Source: the human T2T-CHM13v2.0 reference genome, Homo sapiens. From it: DNA of 64,000 nucleotides. The stretch lies in NCBI RefSeq assembly GCF_009914755.1, contig NC_060933.1. The stretch is one strand, 5' to 3'. Below are positions 60,491 to 64,000 of the stretch, piece after piece. The stretch's first letter is position 1. Each line of letters opens with the position of its first letter. The notes beneath the pieces are model-generated. The model saw only the letters and a program-made list of their open reading frames with translations. It made no database searches and was not told the DNA's origin. A program made the translations under genes and the position numbers.

Positions 60491-61499
60491 GTTTTTCTTT
60501 CTCTGTCTCTCTGTTTCTCTCTCTCTCTCTCTCTCTCTCTCAGCTTTTTAGTTTTGAATTTTAAAGCACCATGATTGAAACTACTGAGTGTGCCTTGAGT
60601 TGGAAGTCTCTGAGACAAGTTGCTTTGGCCATGTGTGAGGTATGAATGGGCCCAGCCTCTGGAACTGTCAGCTTGGTTGTTGGTTGGCTGGGCTGGGCTG
60701 GGCCTCCCTATCCTGGGTCCTTTTGAATCTGCCTGGTGGGGACACAATAACATCTTTGTAAGGAGGGGCCTGGACTCTAAAGGAAGCAGCTGACTGTGTT
60801 TTGAATTCAAGCTCTTTTCCCTCTTCTCTCCGTATGCCCCATCTCTGCCACCCTCCGCCCCACAATAGAGGGAAGGTTTTTACTCCTCAGAGAAATTGGA
60901 TTTTGGTTGTAATGAAGTCATTACATAGACCCCGTAATTGTTTAAGGTAGCGAGTTTACAGGCAGTCGGTGCTGGCATTCCAGTGTGATTTATTCTTCAG
61001 CTTCTCAGCTATCCTGCTGCAGGGACAAAGCGGGTATTAACAACCTGTCATGCAAAAAATTTGACACGGCTATAAAGATAATCCTTCTCTCTGTGTTCCT
61101 TCTTCACTGGCCTCCTACTGCTAAAGTAAATGAGTAACGTTTTAAAGTATCCATTCTTTAACATCAAAATATTATCCTTAATTTGCTTTTCTCTCTGGCT
61201 TTTGTCTTCGTGTGAGGATAAAGCCAGCTAAAAATACCTGTGATAATTCTTTACATAGCAGTTATCCAGCAGGTACCAAGAAACATACAGATCCTGTGAT
61301 GGGTGAATCGACCCTTCCTTGGGCACTAGGGAAGAACGAAGGGCACCAGCATGGGGCCGGGAGGGTCTTTCCGTTGTGTTCCGCTGACTATCAGTGGGGC
61401 CTGTGTACCTCTCACCGTCTCACGCACTTACTGCCTACCCCTTATTATTTTGAGTCAAGTTCTATTATTACAGTCTTTAATATATGGGAAAGGGAATCT

Positions 61500-62020
61500 G
61501 GTTATTTGCTGTGATGTTTAAGGTGCTTTCCTCTGCAAGAAGTAGAAAACCCATCAAACTGACTTGAGCCATAAAAGGAATTTATTGGCTTATGTCGCTG
61601 AAACATCACAGGCAGATGGTTTCAGGCCAGGGCTGATCCAGTGACTCCATGGTGTCACTGCAGACCTGGTTTCTTTCCTTTTACTGGCTCTGCTTCTGCA
61701 GTGGTTGTCTTCAAACTAAGAGTGGCTCTCCTCATGGTCCCAAGACAGTTGGCAGCGGCTTTGAGGGGGGGGTTCTGTCACACTCAAAAGAGAAAAGAGT
61801 CTCAGAAAGCCTGTGTCTCTGCATCCTCTGAAGGGTCTTACTTGGCATTGTGGTCAGGAGAATGGAGTGGACTGATTGGCTCAGCCTAGGTCACATGATC
61901 CGTATTTACAGTTGGGGGTGGAATCGGCTTCCCCAGAACCACAAAGATCCCTGGGTAGAAATACCTTGAGACGGGAGGAGAGGGGAGATAATGCTGGAGA
62001 AGTGACCAACAAATATTTGG
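61500..62020 (-). mobile_element. Old MLT1K-like LTR
   Basis: tgcaagaagtagaaaaccc...ggaatttattggcttatgt...ctgattggctcagcctaggtcacatg. Confidence 0.6.
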
Positions 62021-62514
62021 TACATATGACTTATCAGTCGCTTAATTATAAACAAAATAATAGACCTTTTTCTGTTCTGTGTATTTAAATTGGTTAATAT
62101 TGGTGCTAGAAATATGTTGTTGAAGGCAGGACTTCATATATATTTTTTTTTACCGATTCCCTGGTCTCAATCCCTCGTTTTTCAGGCTCAGAGACTAGAC
62201 GTGCAGGAAAAGAGTTTGCTGGAAGTGAGGTCAGATCACAGAGCTCCTTGCTGCTGTCCCAGGACCTGAAGTGGGAGGGAAGGAGGAGAGGACAGAAATG
62301 GAGACATGATCACTCTTTCAATAAAATATACTTTAAAAGTTTATATTCCTTGCAGCATTATTTATAAAGAAACAGGCTTAGTGTAAATGAATGATGATAA
62401 GAAACATCCCTACCTAATTTGTTACTTTCCACAATTGGAACTTTCCTATTCACAGTTCTCTTGTCCCCCTCTGCACCATGCCACATCCTCACTCAAATCC
62501 TGTTTTTTTTATGA

Positions 62515-64000
<1,486 letters not shown>

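Overview
Primate (human-like) genomic DNA from the DAPK1 (death-associated protein kinase 1) gene on the + strand. About 62.5 kb is the 3' part of one very long intron (intron 2 in the usual numbering). It is followed by one 222-nt coding exon (62547-62768, kinase N-lobe, residues ~21-95) and the start of the next intron. The intron is typical repeat-rich sequence: 22 Alus (14 antisense, 8 sense, many with visible target-site duplications), L1 3' fragments, MaLR/ERVL solo LTRs, MER3/MER5/MER33/MER82 DNA-transposon fossils, MIR/L2/L3 remnants and several microsatellites. Apart from the DAPK1 exon and one L1 ORF2 remnant, the ORF track is Alu-, microsatellite- or chance-derived. I found no new multi-gene or enzymatic system. 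The best leads concern pre-mRNA processing and repeat instability: a pure (AAAAT)28 Alu-tail repeat, a recursive-splice-like YAG|GTGAG site, candidate cryptic or micro-exons, a UAGGG/G4 array, and local duplications. Repeat subfamily names come from recalled consensus sequences, and boundaries of old repeats are approximate.
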